A program made the translations under genes and the position numbers. The notes beneath the pieces were generated by a model that saw only the letters and a list, made by a program, of their open reading frames with translations, was not told the origin of the DNA and did not search any database. Shown one piece after another: positions 29,120 to 40,282 of a DNA stretch of 64,000 nt. Source of the stretch: Myxococcota bacterium (lineage in GTDB: Bacteria; Myxococcota_A; SURF-8); NCBI GenBank assembly GCA_963674735.2, contig CAXXQS010000001.1, forward strand, positions 1,440,001 through 1,504,000. Direction: 5' to 3'. Position 1 is the first letter of the stretch, and each line of letters starts with the position of its first letter.

Positions 29120-32100
29120 ATATCCCGAAGTTTTCCCTTCATCACAAGCCGGTAATCTGGATTCTCCTCGCCCTGTTTGTCGGCATCGGCATCATGAATT
29201 ACTTCACGATCAGCCAGCGTGAAGATCCCGAATTCAAAATATCGGTGGCGTTGGTCATCACGATCTGGCCCGGGGCCGGTGCCGAGAAGGTCGAACGTTT
29301 GGTGACGTCCAAGCTTGAAGAGAAATTCGCGGAATTATCGGTAGTTGAAAGACTTACCTCCACAACCCGCGAAATGCTCTCCGTCATCATGGTCAAAGTG
29401 GACTATGAAGCCGATGTCGATATCGCCTGGCAGAAGCTGCGAAACAAGATTGCCGAAGCGAACCCGGATCTCCCCTCCGGCATTATCGGTCCGGATGTGA
29501 TGGATGATTTCGGCGATGTTACCGCCATGATCGTGTCTATGTCTTCCGAAAGCGCCGATCCCGCCGAGCTTAAATTCTGGGCCAAAGAACTGAAGACAGA
29601 AACCCGCAAAGTGGATTCCGTGGGCAAAGTTGAGTTGATCGGAGAGCAGCAGGAAGCCGTCTATATCGAAGGACCGCTTGAGAGCTTTACCCGATACTCC
29701 TTTTCACCCTTGGTCGCCAGCAAGATTCTGGATTATCAGAACGTCAACATGCCGGCCGGATATGTGCGGTCCGACGTGCGGAATTACCGTTTGGAAGTGA
29801 CCGGTAGTTTCAAGCTCACCGAACAGATCGAAAACGCGATTCTGGATGTGTCTCGAAAATCAGGCCTGCCGATGAAGGTGAAAGACGTCTTCTCGGTTCG
29901 CCGGACATTCAAAGAGCCGCCGCTCGATTTCATGATGACCGACGGACTACAGAGTGTCGGTTTGGATGTTCGCATGAAAAAAGGCGAGAATCTCGTCGAG
30001 ATGGGCACAGCCGTGCGAAAGGTCGTCGAGGAGTTCCGGGAACGTCTTCCGAACAATATCAATCTCAAATTGGTTCACGACCAGCCCCACCAAGTTGACC
30101 GCTTCATCGGCGCGTTCATGAACAACCTGTTTGAAGGTCTGCTCATCGTCATTTTTGTGATGTTTCTGGCCATGGGAATCCGGGCCGCCGGTCTGATCGC
30201 CTTGAGCCTGCCGATTTCGATCATCTTGACTTTTGCCCTCATGCCCGTAATGGGTGTCGACCTGGAAACCGTCTCCATCGCTGCCTTCATCATTGCGCTT
30301 GGGATGTTGGTAGATAATGCCATTATCGTCGCCGACAACATCGACGTTCACATGCGCAGCAATCCCAACCGCGTTCAGGCCTGTATCGAGGGGGCCCAGG
30401 AGCTGGCCATCCCGGCTCTCACCGGCACCCTGGCCACGGTGTTTGCATTTGTTCCGTTATTGTTGCTCGGAGAGGAATCCGGCGATTACATTCGCGCCAT
30501 GCCGATTGTTGTGAGCGTCTCTTTGCTGGCCTCACTGGTCCTCGCCCTGACCGTCGTTCCGATTGCGGCCGTGATGCTTCTGAAGCCCAATCAATCCTCC
30601 GACACGAAAGAAGTGCCGAAAGAGAGCGGTTTCACACGTGGGTATCGGGCCATGATGCAATGGTGCCTCGACCACCGCAAGTCGGTCAGTTTGATCACGC
30701 TCATCGTTTTTTGCGCATCGTTGATGCTGATCCCGATTGTCGGCTTTTCGTTTTTCCCGGAAGCCGAGCGCGACCAGTTTTTAATCGACGTCTGGCTGCC
30801 GGAAGGCTCGTCGCTGGAGCACACCACCAAAATCGTGCGAGAAGTGGAAGGTCTCCTTAAGGAGGAGAAGCAGATCGACAACTGGGTCACCTATGTCGGC
30901 AAAGGCGGACCGCGTTTCTACATGACGATCAAACCGGAGTTCAACGCGACCAACTACGCCCAGTTCGTGGTAACCACCCAGGATCCTCTGATTACCCGGG
31001 CCATGGTCAGACGGCTGAACGTCGAAGCAATCAAACGCATCAGCGGGGCACGCGTTCTGGTTTCCAACCTCTGGATGGGCGTCCCCATCGAAGCCCCGAT
31101 TGCCATTCGCGTCGTCGGTCCGGATCTTTACGAGATGAAGAAAATTTCCCTCCAGATCCAGGATATTCTTCGTTCGATCTCCGGGACAACCCATGTGCGC
31201 GACAACGTGGGAGAATTGATCCCCAGCCTGAAGGTGAACGTCGATTCCGAAGCCGCCGCGATGGCTGGGATCACCAACACGGAAGTCGCGCTATCCCTGC
31301 TCACGGCATACGAAGGACTTCCCATAACCAGCATGCGTGAAGGCGAGGATGAAGTCCCGGTTTACATGCGACTGCAAGCCGAAGACCGCAACATCGGAAA
31401 TACGCTTGAGGGGCTTGAGGTGCCCTCCCAGGCCACCGGCGACAAAGTTCCCTTGTCCGCGTTCTCTTCCATCGAAACGATCTGGGGGCCCGGTGTAATC
31501 AAACGCCACAACGACCGCCGCTCGATCATGGCCCTCGCCAATGTCCGAGGGCGTCTGGCTTCGGACGTCATGAAGGATCTCAAGCCCCATCTGGCGGGTT
31601 TGGCCCTCCCCAAAGGATACGCCATCGAAATCGACGGCGAAGAGAAAGAGCGCAAAAAGAATTTCAGCCGTCTCTCGATGATCTTCGCCCTGATCATCGC
31701 CCTGATTCTGCTTATGTTGGTCATTCAGTTCAATTCATTTAAGAAATCACTGGTTATCTTGGCCAGCATTCCGCTGGCGATCATCGGAGCCGTGGTCGGG
31801 TTACTGGTCAGTCAGAGCAGTTTCGGTTTCATGCCGTTTTTGGGGGTCATTTCTTTGGCCGGTATCGTGATCAAAAATGCCGTGGTCTGGGTGGAGTTCG
31901 TCGAACGTGCTACCGGCCGTGGCGAACGTTTGCGCGCGGCCATTATCGAGGCCGGAGTCAAACGGCTGCGCCCGATCATGCTGACCGCCGGAACGACCAT
32001 CGGAGGCCTGATCCCACTGGCTTTGTTCGGCGGCGTGCTCTGGCGCGGAATGGCCAGCGCCATGATTTTCGGGTTGGCTTTGGCTACCGTGCTGACCTTG

Positions 32101-32175
32101 GTGCTGATTCCCGTGCTCTTCTTTGCCGTCTTCCGCGTCGGCTACAATTTCAAGCAGGAAAACGGCCATTCATAA
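29116..32175 (+). CDS. RND efflux permease (AcrB/AcrD/AcrF family)
   Basis: WPGAGAEKVE, GMLVDNAII, GIVIKNAVV and RLRPIMLT; 1019 aa. Confidence 0.95.
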   Translation: MNIPKFSLHHKPVIWILLALFVGIGIMNYFTISQREDPEFKISVALVITIWPGAGAEKVERLVTSKLEEKFAELSVVERLTSTTREMLSVIMVKVDYEADVDIAWQKLRNKIAEANPDLPSGIIGPDVMDDFGDVTAMIVSMSSESADPAELKFWAKELKTETRKVDSVGKVELIGEQQEAVYIEGPLESFTRYSFSPLVASKILDYQNVNMPAGYVRSDVRNYRLEVTGSFKLTEQIENAILDVSRKSGLPMKVKDVFSVRRTFKEPPLDFMMTDGLQSVGLDVRMKKGENLVEMGTAVRKVVEEFRERLPNNINLKLVHDQPHQVDRFIGAFMNNLFEGLLIVIFVMFLAMGIRAAGLIALSLPISIILTFALMPVMGVDLETVSIAAFIIALGMLVDNAIIVADNIDVHMRSNPNRVQACIEGAQELAIPALTGTLATVFAFVPLLLLGEESGDYIRAMPIVVSVSLLASLVLALTVVPIAAVMLLKPNQSSDTKEVPKESGFTRGYRAMMQWCLDHRKSVSLITLIVFCASLMLIPIVGFSFFPEAERDQFLIDVWLPEGSSLEHTTKIVREVEGLLKEEKQIDNWVTYVGKGGPRFYMTIKPEFNATNYAQFVVTTQDPLITRAMVRRLNVEAIKRISGARVLVSNLWMGVPIEAPIAIRVVGPDLYEMKKISLQIQDILRSISGTTHVRDNVGELIPSLKVNVDSEAAAMAGITNTEVALSLLTAYEGLPITSMREGEDEVPVYMRLQAEDRNIGNTLEGLEVPSQATGDKVPLSAFSSIETIWGPGVIKRHNDRRSIMALANVRGRLASDVMKDLKPHLAGLALPKGYAIEIDGEEKERKKNFSRLSMIFALIIALILLMLVIQFNSFKKSLVILASIPLAIIGAVVGLLVSQSSFGFMPFLGVISLAGIVIKNAVVWVEFVERATGRGERLRAAIIEAGVKRLRPIMLTAGTTIGGLIPLALFGGVLWRGMASAMIFGLALATVLTLVLIPVLFFAVFRVGYNFKQENGHS

Positions 32176-32385
32176 AAGCGATTCGTGGCAAACAACCTCG
32201 TCTGCCTGCCTTGTCTTTGAGAGAAAAGTCGTTCGCAAACGCGCTGCGCACTCCGTTTCGGAGAAACGGTGGCGCGATTTGCGTCTCTCAAGCATTATTA
32301 ACGGAATGCAGGAACTTCCATCCCCCTCTAACCCCATGAATATGAACGTATTTACCTAAACCATCGAAACGAAGTGAGGTGCTTC

Positions 32386-32778
32386 ATGGGCTTGAAAGAG
32401 TATTTCAGTACAACCAAGGGACTGGGAGTCTTTTCCTCCGCGAACACGACTGGCGAAGTTAATTCCGCCGTGTATTCGAGGCCTTACGTAATCGACGACC
32501 AAACCGTCGCTTTTTTGATGACACCCAAGCTCAGTTACGAAAACATCAAATCGAACGGTCACGCCTCGTACTTGTTCAAAGAAGACAACCCCGGCTATCG
32601 CGGGAAGCGTCTGACACTGACGTACAAAGAAGAAGAAAAAGATCCGGCCAAAGTCGATGCCTTTCGCAAAGCCAACAGCGGCGATGATCTCTATGAGCGC
32701 TATCGTGATACCGAGGCCGCCTTGGTGACATTTACCGTCACCAGCACCCGGCCCCTGGTCGGCAGTGCTGAAAAGTAA
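32386..32778 (+). CDS. Pyridoxamine 5'-phosphate oxidase-like FMN-binding protein
   Basis: GVFSSANTTGEVNSAVYSRP, SYENIKSNGHASYLF and GYRGKRL; GAGGTG RBS before ATG 32386. Confidence 0.8.
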   Translation: MGLKEYFSTTKGLGVFSSANTTGEVNSAVYSRPYVIDDQTVAFLMTPKLSYENIKSNGHASYLFKEDNPGYRGKRLTLTYKEEEKDPAKVDAFRKANSGDDLYERYRDTEAALVTFTVTSTRPLVGSAEK

Positions 32779-32798
32779 CCTCGCCTTTCACTGTAAAT

Positions 32799-32838
32799 CC
32801 GGCGGACCGCTCCCAGTGGGCGGTCCTGCCGGTTATTT
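32799..32838 (+). terminator. Probable Rho-independent terminator
   Basis: CCGGCGGACCGCTC-ccagt-GGGCGGTCCTGCCGG followed by TTATTT. Confidence 0.6.
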
Positions 32839-33081
32839 CGCTTTGCCTCCCTGTATCCCTTCGAATTCAATCCCGCAAGTTGTTTTGCCCTCTCGGAAGT
32901 CGCTCGTTTGCAGCATAAATAAAAGATCCGTTGGGGGCTTGTTTTTCCGACGAAATCCCAACATGGACACCTTTCCTGAAGTATTACACATAAACGGTAT
33001 GATTGACCTTGCATTTTCACCAAAACTATGCGATGAAGCCCCCCTTAACGACCTTCTGCTTTAGGATCGGAAACGGATATT

Positions 33082-34926
33082 ATGACGGCTAAAACTCAAG
33101 TTTCACGAACACGCGACAACATTCGAAACATCGCAATCATCGCTCACGTCGATCACGGAAAAACCACGCTGGTCGATCGCATGCTCGAACAATCCGGCAG
33201 CTTGAAGCGTAACGAAGCCGGTATCGATCGCGCCATGGACTCCAACAGTCTCGAACGCGAACGCGGCATCACGATTCTCTCTAAATGCACCTCCATGGAC
33301 GTGGGCGACCTGCATATCAACGTCGTCGACACCCCCGGCCACACGGATTTCGGCGGCGAAGTCGAGCGCGTGATGCGCATGGTCGACTCCGTGCTGCTGC
33401 TCGTCGATGCCTTCGATGGCCCCATGCCGCAAACCCGTTTCGTGACCCAGAAAGCCTTGGCACGCGGCCTCAAACCGATCGTCGTCATCAATAAAATCGA
33501 CCGCGACGGATGCGACCCGGACGGCGCCATGGACGAAGTCTTCGAGTTGTTCGTCTCATTGGACGCCACAGACGAACAGCTAGACTTTCCGGTGGTTTAC
33601 GCCTCGGCCAAACAAGGTTACGCCGTCAAGAATTTGAGCGATGAACCCAAAGATCTCGGTCCCCTGTTCGATGTCATACGCGAGAATGTAAAGCCCCCGG
33701 AAATTGACGAAGACCAGACTCCGGCCCTGCAGGTCGCCACCTTTACCCACGACGATTATCTAGGAGCCATGGCGACCGGTCGCGTCGCCTCCGGTTCGTT
33801 CAAACAAAACGACCAAGTGCTTCTGGTGCGTCGCGACGGTTCCCGCGAAGAATTCCGCATCACACGCATTCTCGGCTTTCGCGGCTTAAATCGCTTCGAT
33901 CTCGATAAGGCGATGGCCGGTGATATCGTCACCCTTACCGGCATGAGCGAACTCAACGTGGGTGAAACGATCACCTCGATCGAAAATCCGCGTGTTCTGC
34001 CCCTACTGGAAATCGACGCTCCGACCGTCAGCATGGCTTTTCGTGCGAACACCGGACCCTTTTCGGGCAAAGAAGGGACGCATGTCACCAGCCAGAACCT
34101 CAAAGAACGCCTGGAACGCGAAATTCGCTCCAATGTATCCCTTCGGGTCACGCCCACCGAAGCCGCCGATACCTTCATCGTCAGCGGACGCGGGGAACTG
34201 CACTTGTCCGTCCTTATCGAGACGATGCGACGTGAAGGTTATGAATTCATGGTCTCGCGACCGGAAGTCGTGATCAAGTACGACGAGAAAGAGCGTCAAC
34301 TCGAACCCTACGAATCGGTGGTGGCTGACGTCAACAACGAGCACGCCGGTGTCGTGATCGACGCTCTGAATCGCCGTGGCGGTCGCATCGGTGGAATGCG
34401 CGAGATGCGCGGAGGCCGGACAAGACTCGATTTCACCGTCCCGACACGCGGTCTGATCGGCTATCGATCCCAGTTTATGACCGATACGCGCGGGATGGGA
34501 ATCTTGAGCCACGTCTTTCTCGAATACGGTCCGCATCTCGGTCCCATGAAAGGACGCGCCAGCGGGGCGATTGTTTCCCAGGATACCTGCACCTGCGTCA
34601 CCTTCGGGCTATGGAAGCTGCAAGACCGCGGGATGTTCTTCGTAACGGCGGGCGACCAGGTCTATGCCGGACAAGTGGTCGGCGAACGCAACCGCACGGA
34701 CGACATCATTGTCAATCCCGGAAAAAGTAAAAAACTCACCAACATGCGAGCCTCGGCTGCCGATGAAAAGAATTTCCTCAAACCGCACCGCGTTTTAAGC
34801 ATCGAAGACGCCATCGAGTTCATCAACGACGACGAGTATGTGGAATTCACGCCGAAATCCATTCGCATCCGCAAGCGTTTTCTCGATCACAACGACCGCA
34901 AACGCAGCGAGCGCGGAAAGGTCTAA
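33082..34926 (+). CDS. typA: Translational GTPase TypA/BipA
   Basis: [59 protein letters not shown] and KKLTNMRAS. Confidence 0.97.
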   Translation: MTAKTQVSRTRDNIRNIAIIAHVDHGKTTLVDRMLEQSGSLKRNEAGIDRAMDSNSLERERGITILSKCTSMDVGDLHINVVDTPGHTDFGGEVERVMRMVDSVLLLVDAFDGPMPQTRFVTQKALARGLKPIVVINKIDRDGCDPDGAMDEVFELFVSLDATDEQLDFPVVYASAKQGYAVKNLSDEPKDLGPLFDVIRENVKPPEIDEDQTPALQVATFTHDDYLGAMATGRVASGSFKQNDQVLLVRRDGSREEFRITRILGFRGLNRFDLDKAMAGDIVTLTGMSELNVGETITSIENPRVLPLLEIDAPTVSMAFRANTGPFSGKEGTHVTSQNLKERLEREIRSNVSLRVTPTEAADTFIVSGRGELHLSVLIETMRREGYEFMVSRPEVVIKYDEKERQLEPYESVVADVNNEHAGVVIDALNRRGGRIGGMREMRGGRTRLDFTVPTRGLIGYRSQFMTDTRGMGILSHVFLEYGPHLGPMKGRASGAIVSQDTCTCVTFGLWKLQDRGMFFVTAGDQVYAGQVVGERNRTDDIIVNPGKSKKLTNMRASAADEKNFLKPHRVLSIEDAIEFINDDEYVEFTPKSIRIRKRFLDHNDRKRSERGKV

Positions 34927-34983
34927 CGCGCCAAGTCAGATCTAGTTTTACATGGCAATAATGGGGGTAGAATCGAAGCGGGA

Positions 34984-35436
34984 TCAACCCTCACGCATGA
35001 GGGCGTTGACCATTTCGTCAAGTTTCGACAAAAAGCGGGATTTATCCCGTTGCTGCATCGGCCTGGGACCGCCGCTGATAACTCCCATGTCGCGAAGATG
35101 CGAGTTCAACTCGCGTGCGGCCAAAGCATCCCCGATCGATTCTTCCGTAAATTCACGACCTTTCGCGCCTAATACCCGAGAACCGGCCTTGATGCAACGA
35201 TCCGCGAGCGGAATATCCGAGGTTATCACGAGATCATGTTTTTTAACATGTTCGGCAATCCAGTCGTCGGCCGCATCGAAGTTGGCTTCCACCACGACGG
35301 GTTCGATCAGGTCGGATTTCGGGGTGTTCTGGTAGCGGTTGGCGACCACAAACACTTTCAATCGATAGCGCTGGGCGACCTTGTAAACCTCGCTTTTCAC
35401 GGAACACCCATCGGCATCAATGTAGATTTCAGTCAT
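34984..35436 (-). CDS. yaiI: YaiI/YqxD (DUF188, UPF0178) family protein
   Basis: IYIDADGC, DAADDWIAE and ITSDIPLA motifs. Confidence 0.9.
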   Translation of the reverse strand: MTEIYIDADGCSVKSEVYKVAQRYRLKVFVVANRYQNTPKSDLIEPVVVEANFDAADDWIAEHVKKHDLVITSDIPLADRCIKAGSRVLGAKGREFTEESIGDALAARELNSHLRDMGVISGGPRPMQQRDKSRFLSKLDEMVNALMREG

Positions 35437-35807
35437 TTTTAAGGGCTCGCTATGTAAAAGGCCGCCGTCTCGTTGCGTGTTTCGCCTCGATATTTACAGG
35501 TTTACTCCTTTGGGAGACCAGTCGGCAAGTGTTTTTATCTACCTTGCACGGTTATAGCCGGTTTCGTTCTTCTCCTGTAAATCGAATAGAATCGGATGCG
35601 AATCGATCAACACAAAAGCGAAAGCCTGGAACTGACAAATAACTCATGAAATCGAAGCGATAAGCCGAATTCATCTTGTAACATTCAGACTTTGGGCTCG
35701 TCATGCATGATGTGTTGCGTTTTGTACCGGAAAAGTCTTCAATTGGGCTGCCCTAATAGGTTACAGTAATTCGATTTCATCCAGTTCCGAAACGGGAGTT
35801 GACCAAG

Positions 35808-37106
35808 ATGCCGCAAAGACCGCTAGCCAAAGTATTGTTATTCATCGGTATTCTCCTTATTGGAATAGCCTTGTTCGCCTATATGGTCGCGACGAAAAAA
35901 GCGCCGTCCAAAAAGCACTCGGCTTCTCTCAATATTTCCGTGGCAACCATTCCGGCCATATCGTCGGAAAGCGAGGTGGTTGTCAGCGCCATGGGCAGTG
36001 TCATTCCGTCGCGAAGCGTGACGATTCTTCCGCAAGTTACCGGAAAAATCACACAGGTCGACAAGAAGCTGGTTCCGGGTGGGCTTTTCAAAAAGGGCCA
36101 AATCATCGCGAAAATCGATCCCAGCGACTACAACCTGGCCGTGCGGGCGCAAGAATCCAATGTGGCCCTGGCCCGTCAGAATCTCGCGATGGAGGAAGGG
36201 AATCACGCCGCCGCCAAGATCGAATGGAGTCTCATCGAAGACAACATCCAGCCGACCGAGGCCGGTAAACGGCTCGCCATGCGCGATATTCAGTTGGAAA
36301 GCGCCAAAACCGCCCTGAAATCCGCCCAAAGCAGCCTGGAGAAAGCGCAACTCGACCGCTCCCGTACAACGATCCGCGCCCCCTTCAATGCTTTCGTCAC
36401 GGAAAAAAATATCGACATCGGCCAAGTCGTCTCCGGGCAAACTCCGATCGTGACCCTGGTGGACAGCGACACGTCCTGGGTGCAGGTGTATGTGCCTCTG
36501 CAAAAACTGCGCTGGATTGTCATTCCAGGTGTGAACGGAGACGTAGGCTCGCGGGCACGCATCATTCAAGATGCGGGGGGTGGACAAATCGAGCGGGAAG
36601 GCCGGGTCATCAAGTTGTTGGCCGACCTCGACGCCAAAGGCAAAACCGCCCGTTTGCTGATCGAAATCAAGGATCCGTTCGCACTTGACGAATCCACGAA
36701 AATCAACGTTGAGGATAATAAGGCACTCAACAAGCTGCCCTTGCTGCTTGGATCGTATGTCAAAGTGCTGTTCGAGGGACAAACCCAATCCGGTATCTTC
36801 GCCCTTCCGGAGGGAGTCTTACGCGAGGAAAGCAAGGTCTGGGTCCGTAGCGCCGAAGGTCGGCTCAATATCCGGCAAGTCAAGCTTTTATGGCGCGCCG
36901 ATGGAAAGGCTTATGTACAGGGCGATTTGTCAGACGGCGATCGCATCATCACTTCCCGAATTCAGCTACCCGTCGAAGGCATGAAACTTTCGTTGATCGG
37001 CCAAACTCCCAGCCAGCCTAAGCCAAACAACGCAAAACATCCGGATCCGGACGTCGCGTCGTCATCCCGAATCGCCGCCCCCGCAGAGGATGGGACTCAG
37101 TTATGA
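35808..37106 (+). CDS. RND efflux periplasmic adaptor (MFP)
   Basis: N-terminal TM helix; PQVTGKI, IDPSDY and RTTIRAPFNA; overlaps the permease start. Confidence 0.9.
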   Translation: MPQRPLAKVLLFIGILLIGIALFAYMVATKKAPSKKHSASLNISVATIPAISSESEVVVSAMGSVIPSRSVTILPQVTGKITQVDKKLVPGGLFKKGQIIAKIDPSDYNLAVRAQESNVALARQNLAMEEGNHAAAKIEWSLIEDNIQPTEAGKRLAMRDIQLESAKTALKSAQSSLEKAQLDRSRTTIRAPFNAFVTEKNIDIGQVVSGQTPIVTLVDSDTSWVQVYVPLQKLRWIVIPGVNGDVGSRARIIQDAGGGQIEREGRVIKLLADLDAKGKTARLLIEIKDPFALDESTKINVEDNKALNKLPLLLGSYVKVLFEGQTQSGIFALPEGVLREESKVWVRSAEGRLNIRQVKLLWRADGKAYVQGDLSDGDRIITSRIQLPVEGMKLSLIGQTPSQPKPNNAKHPDPDVASSSRIAAPAEDGTQL

Positions 37107-40100
37107 GACGGCAAGATCTTTACAAGGGATCGACATCCTGGATGGCGCGCAATCCGGTTGCGGCCAACCTGTTGATGATGATGCTGTTGATCGGCGGATT
37201 TTTGATGAGCCAATCGATCAACAAGGAAGTGTTCCCGCAAATCGAACTCGATATGGTGACGATCTCGATCGCGTATCCGGGAGCCAGCCCGGAGGAGATC
37301 GAGCGTGGGCTGTTGCAGTCGATCGAAGAAGCGGTGCGCCCCATCGACGGCGTGAAGAAAGTCACCAGCGTCGCCTCCGAAGGCATGGCCAGTGTCCGAG
37401 TCGAACTCGAAGAAGGAACCAACCGCAGCAAAGCCCTGAACGACGTCCAAAGTGCGGTCGACCGTATCACCTCCTTTCCGGAAGGTATCGAAACGCCGGT
37501 TATCGCCATGCCGGATCGCAGTTCCGAAGCAATCAGTCTCCTGATATACGGCGATGTGGACGAAAAGGCCTTGCGGTCTTACGGGGAGCGGATCCGCGAT
37601 GAACTGCTGGGATTGCCGCAAGTCACCAGCGTCGAAATGAAAGGCGTGCGCAATCTCGAAATCGGGATCGAAGTCACGCAGGAAAAACTACGTGAATTCG
37701 GTTTGACGACCCAGGCCATCGCCGAACAAATTCGCCGTTCGGCGATTGAAACACCGGGAGGCGGAGTCAAAACCAATGGCGGCGATATCCTCTTGCGCAC
37801 GCAGGAGCGTCGGGATTACGGCCACGAATTCGCCAACATCCCCATCGTTTACGGCAACAACGAAGCGCAGGTCGAACTTGGCCGGATCGCAACGATCACA
37901 GACGGCTTCGAAGAAAGCGACATCGCCGGATTTTTCAACGGAAAACCGGCGCTGATTCTGGATGTCGCGAGCGTGGGCGAACAGTCGCCGACGGCCGTCG
38001 CGGAATCGGTAAAGGAATACGCGCGGGAGTTAAAGCATAAATTACCGGATGGCATCTCGGCGGTAACCTGGAACGACCGGGCCAAGTTGTTCGATGAGCG
38101 CTTATCGCTTCTGTTGCGCAACGCCGCGTTGGGGTTGTCTTTAGCGCTTTTGATTCTGGGCTTGTTTTTGGAGCCGCGCTTGGCTTTCTGGGTAAGTTTG
38201 GGCATTCCCGTCTCGTTTCTCGGTTCTTTTCTTTTCCTTCCGGCCATGGGCATTTCACTGAATATGATCTCCATGTTCGCGTTTCTCATCACGCTTGGAA
38301 TGGTGGTGGACGATGCAATCGTGATCGGCGAAAACATCTTCCATCTACGCAGCAAAGGCTATACGGCTCAGGAAGCTTCAATTCGCGGCGTACGCGACAT
38401 GGCGGTCCCGGTTTTCTTCTCTGTGGGAACGACCATCGCCGCTTTTGCTCCGTTGATGTTCATTCCCGGCATCTTCGGAAAAATCGCCTTTGCCATTCCG
38501 GTCATCGTGATTCTGGTTTTATTAATGTCGCTGGTTGAGTCGTTTTACATCCTCCCGGCCCACTTGTCGCATGTCCGCAAAAATGGTCACAGCGGTTTTC
38601 TGGGGAAATTCCTCGCTTTCCAAAAACATGTTTCCGCCGGTATGGAAGCGTTTATCGAAAACCGTTTCCGTCCGACTGTGAAGAAAACCGTCCGTCATCG
38701 TTGGATATCGGTTGCCGTGGCGACGGCGATTCTGCTTGGCACCGTCGGCCTGATCGCGGGCGGACGCATCAAGTATATCGATTTTCCCAAGGATGATACC
38801 GACCGGGTGCAGGTCTCCGCCTCCCTGCCCTTCGGCGTTGCCGTTCAGGAGACCGAACTTCTGATGCAACGTTTGATCGATGCGGCGAATCGCACGACCA
38901 AACAATATGGCGGCGATGCCATCAGTTTGGGTACCTTTGCCAAACTGGGGCAAGCCGCAGCGGGCGGGCACTTTGGCTCGGGCGCGACGGGCGGGCACCT
39001 GACTTCCGTCGAAGTGATGCTGGTTTCTCCCGATTTGCGCGATTTCAGCTCCAGCCAGTTCGCCCAAACCTGGCGCGAAGAACTCGGCGATACCAGCATG
39101 CTCGACAGCATCGTCTTCAGTTCATCGATGCATGGCACAAGAAAAGCCATTGATTTCGAAGTTTCGCATCCGGATACGGAAATCCTGCAAACCTGTGCTC
39201 GAAACATCGGGGAATACCTCGGAGAGTTCGCCGGTGTCAGCGATATCGACAACGGGATCGAAATGGGTAAATTTCAGTGGAACTTCAAGTTGAAGCCGGA
39301 AGGCAGTAACGCCGGTTTGACGGCAACGGATATCGCGGGACAAATGCGCAGCGCATTTTATGGCGCCGAAGCTTTTCGCCAGCAACGCGGACGCAATGAA
39401 ATCAAAGTGACTGTGCGTCTCACCCGTAAAGAACGCGAGACGCTCAACAGCGTCGGGGAGATGATGATCGCCACCCCGGCAGGCGGTGAAATGCCGCTAT
39501 CTCAAGCGGCTTCCGTCGATTACGGTCGAGCCTATACCTCGATCAACCGAAGCAACGGACAACGCGCCCTTCAAATCCAGGCGGCCGTCGATAACAGCAA
39601 AGCCAACCCCAGCGAAATCATGGACGCGCTTTTCATGCAGTACCTCCCCGATCTAGCTCGTCAGAATCCCGGGCTCAGTTTTTCACTGCGCGGCCGCCAG
39701 GAAGACATGAAGGATTTCGCCGAATTCATGAAAATCGGGTTCACCTTGGCGCTGTTGGCGATCTTCGGCATGATCGCCATTCCGCTCAAGAGCTACCTGC
39801 AACCCGTATTCGTGGTGATGGCCGCTATACCCTTCGGCTTCGTGGGTGCCGTTTTCGGTCATCTCTTGATGGGGTTGGATCTCAGCATCTTCAGCGTGAT
39901 GGGCATATTGGCCTTATCCGGGGTTGTCGTCAACGATTCGATTGTGTTCGTTCACACCGCCAATCAGCTTAAATCCGAAGGGCTGTCGGCAGAAAAAGCG
40001 GCCGTCGATGCGGCCTGTCGTCGCTTCCGTCCCATCTTCCTGACCACCGCCACCACCTTTTTCGGTTTGGCGCCGATGATCTTCGAAACGGATTTCTCCG

Positions 40101-40282
40101 CCCGTCTGATCATTCCCATGGCGGTCAGTCTGGGATTCGGCATCGTCATTGCCACCACGTTCGTCCTCCTGCTCGTTCCCGCTCTTTTCACGCTTATCGA
40201 AAACCTGCGCGATTATATGGGCAGCCGCAGAGAAGGAGACGCGGAAGCCGACCTTCCGCAGGCCGAGGAGCTGTTGTCATGA
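37103..40282 (+). CDS. RND efflux permease
   Basis: RNPVAANLLM, YPGASPEEIE, GMVVDDAIVIGEN, GVVVNDSIV and RFRPIFLT. Confidence 0.95.
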   Translation: MRRQDLYKGSTSWMARNPVAANLLMMMLLIGGFLMSQSINKEVFPQIELDMVTISIAYPGASPEEIERGLLQSIEEAVRPIDGVKKVTSVASEGMASVRVELEEGTNRSKALNDVQSAVDRITSFPEGIETPVIAMPDRSSEAISLLIYGDVDEKALRSYGERIRDELLGLPQVTSVEMKGVRNLEIGIEVTQEKLREFGLTTQAIAEQIRRSAIETPGGGVKTNGGDILLRTQERRDYGHEFANIPIVYGNNEAQVELGRIATITDGFEESDIAGFFNGKPALILDVASVGEQSPTAVAESVKEYARELKHKLPDGISAVTWNDRAKLFDERLSLLLRNAALGLSLALLILGLFLEPRLAFWVSLGIPVSFLGSFLFLPAMGISLNMISMFAFLITLGMVVDDAIVIGENIFHLRSKGYTAQEASIRGVRDMAVPVFFSVGTTIAAFAPLMFIPGIFGKIAFAIPVIVILVLLMSLVESFYILPAHLSHVRKNGHSGFLGKFLAFQKHVSAGMEAFIENRFRPTVKKTVRHRWISVAVATAILLGTVGLIAGGRIKYIDFPKDDTDRVQVSASLPFGVAVQETELLMQRLIDAANRTTKQYGGDAISLGTFAKLGQAAAGGHFGSGATGGHLTSVEVMLVSPDLRDFSSSQFAQTWREELGDTSMLDSIVFSSSMHGTRKAIDFEVSHPDTEILQTCARNIGEYLGEFAGVSDIDNGIEMGKFQWNFKLKPEGSNAGLTATDIAGQMRSAFYGAEAFRQQRGRNEIKVTVRLTRKERETLNSVGEMMIATPAGGEMPLSQAASVDYGRAYTSINRSNGQRALQIQAAVDNSKANPSEIMDALFMQYLPDLARQNPGLSFSLRGRQEDMKDFAEFMKIGFTLALLAIFGMIAIPLKSYLQPVFVVMAAIPFGFVGAVFGHLLMGLDLSIFSVMGILALSGVVVNDSIVFVHTANQLKSEGLSAEKAAVDAACRRFRPIFLTTATTFFGLAPMIFETDFSARLIIPMAVSLGFGIVIATTFVLLLVPALFTLIENLRDYMGSRREGDAEADLPQAEELLS

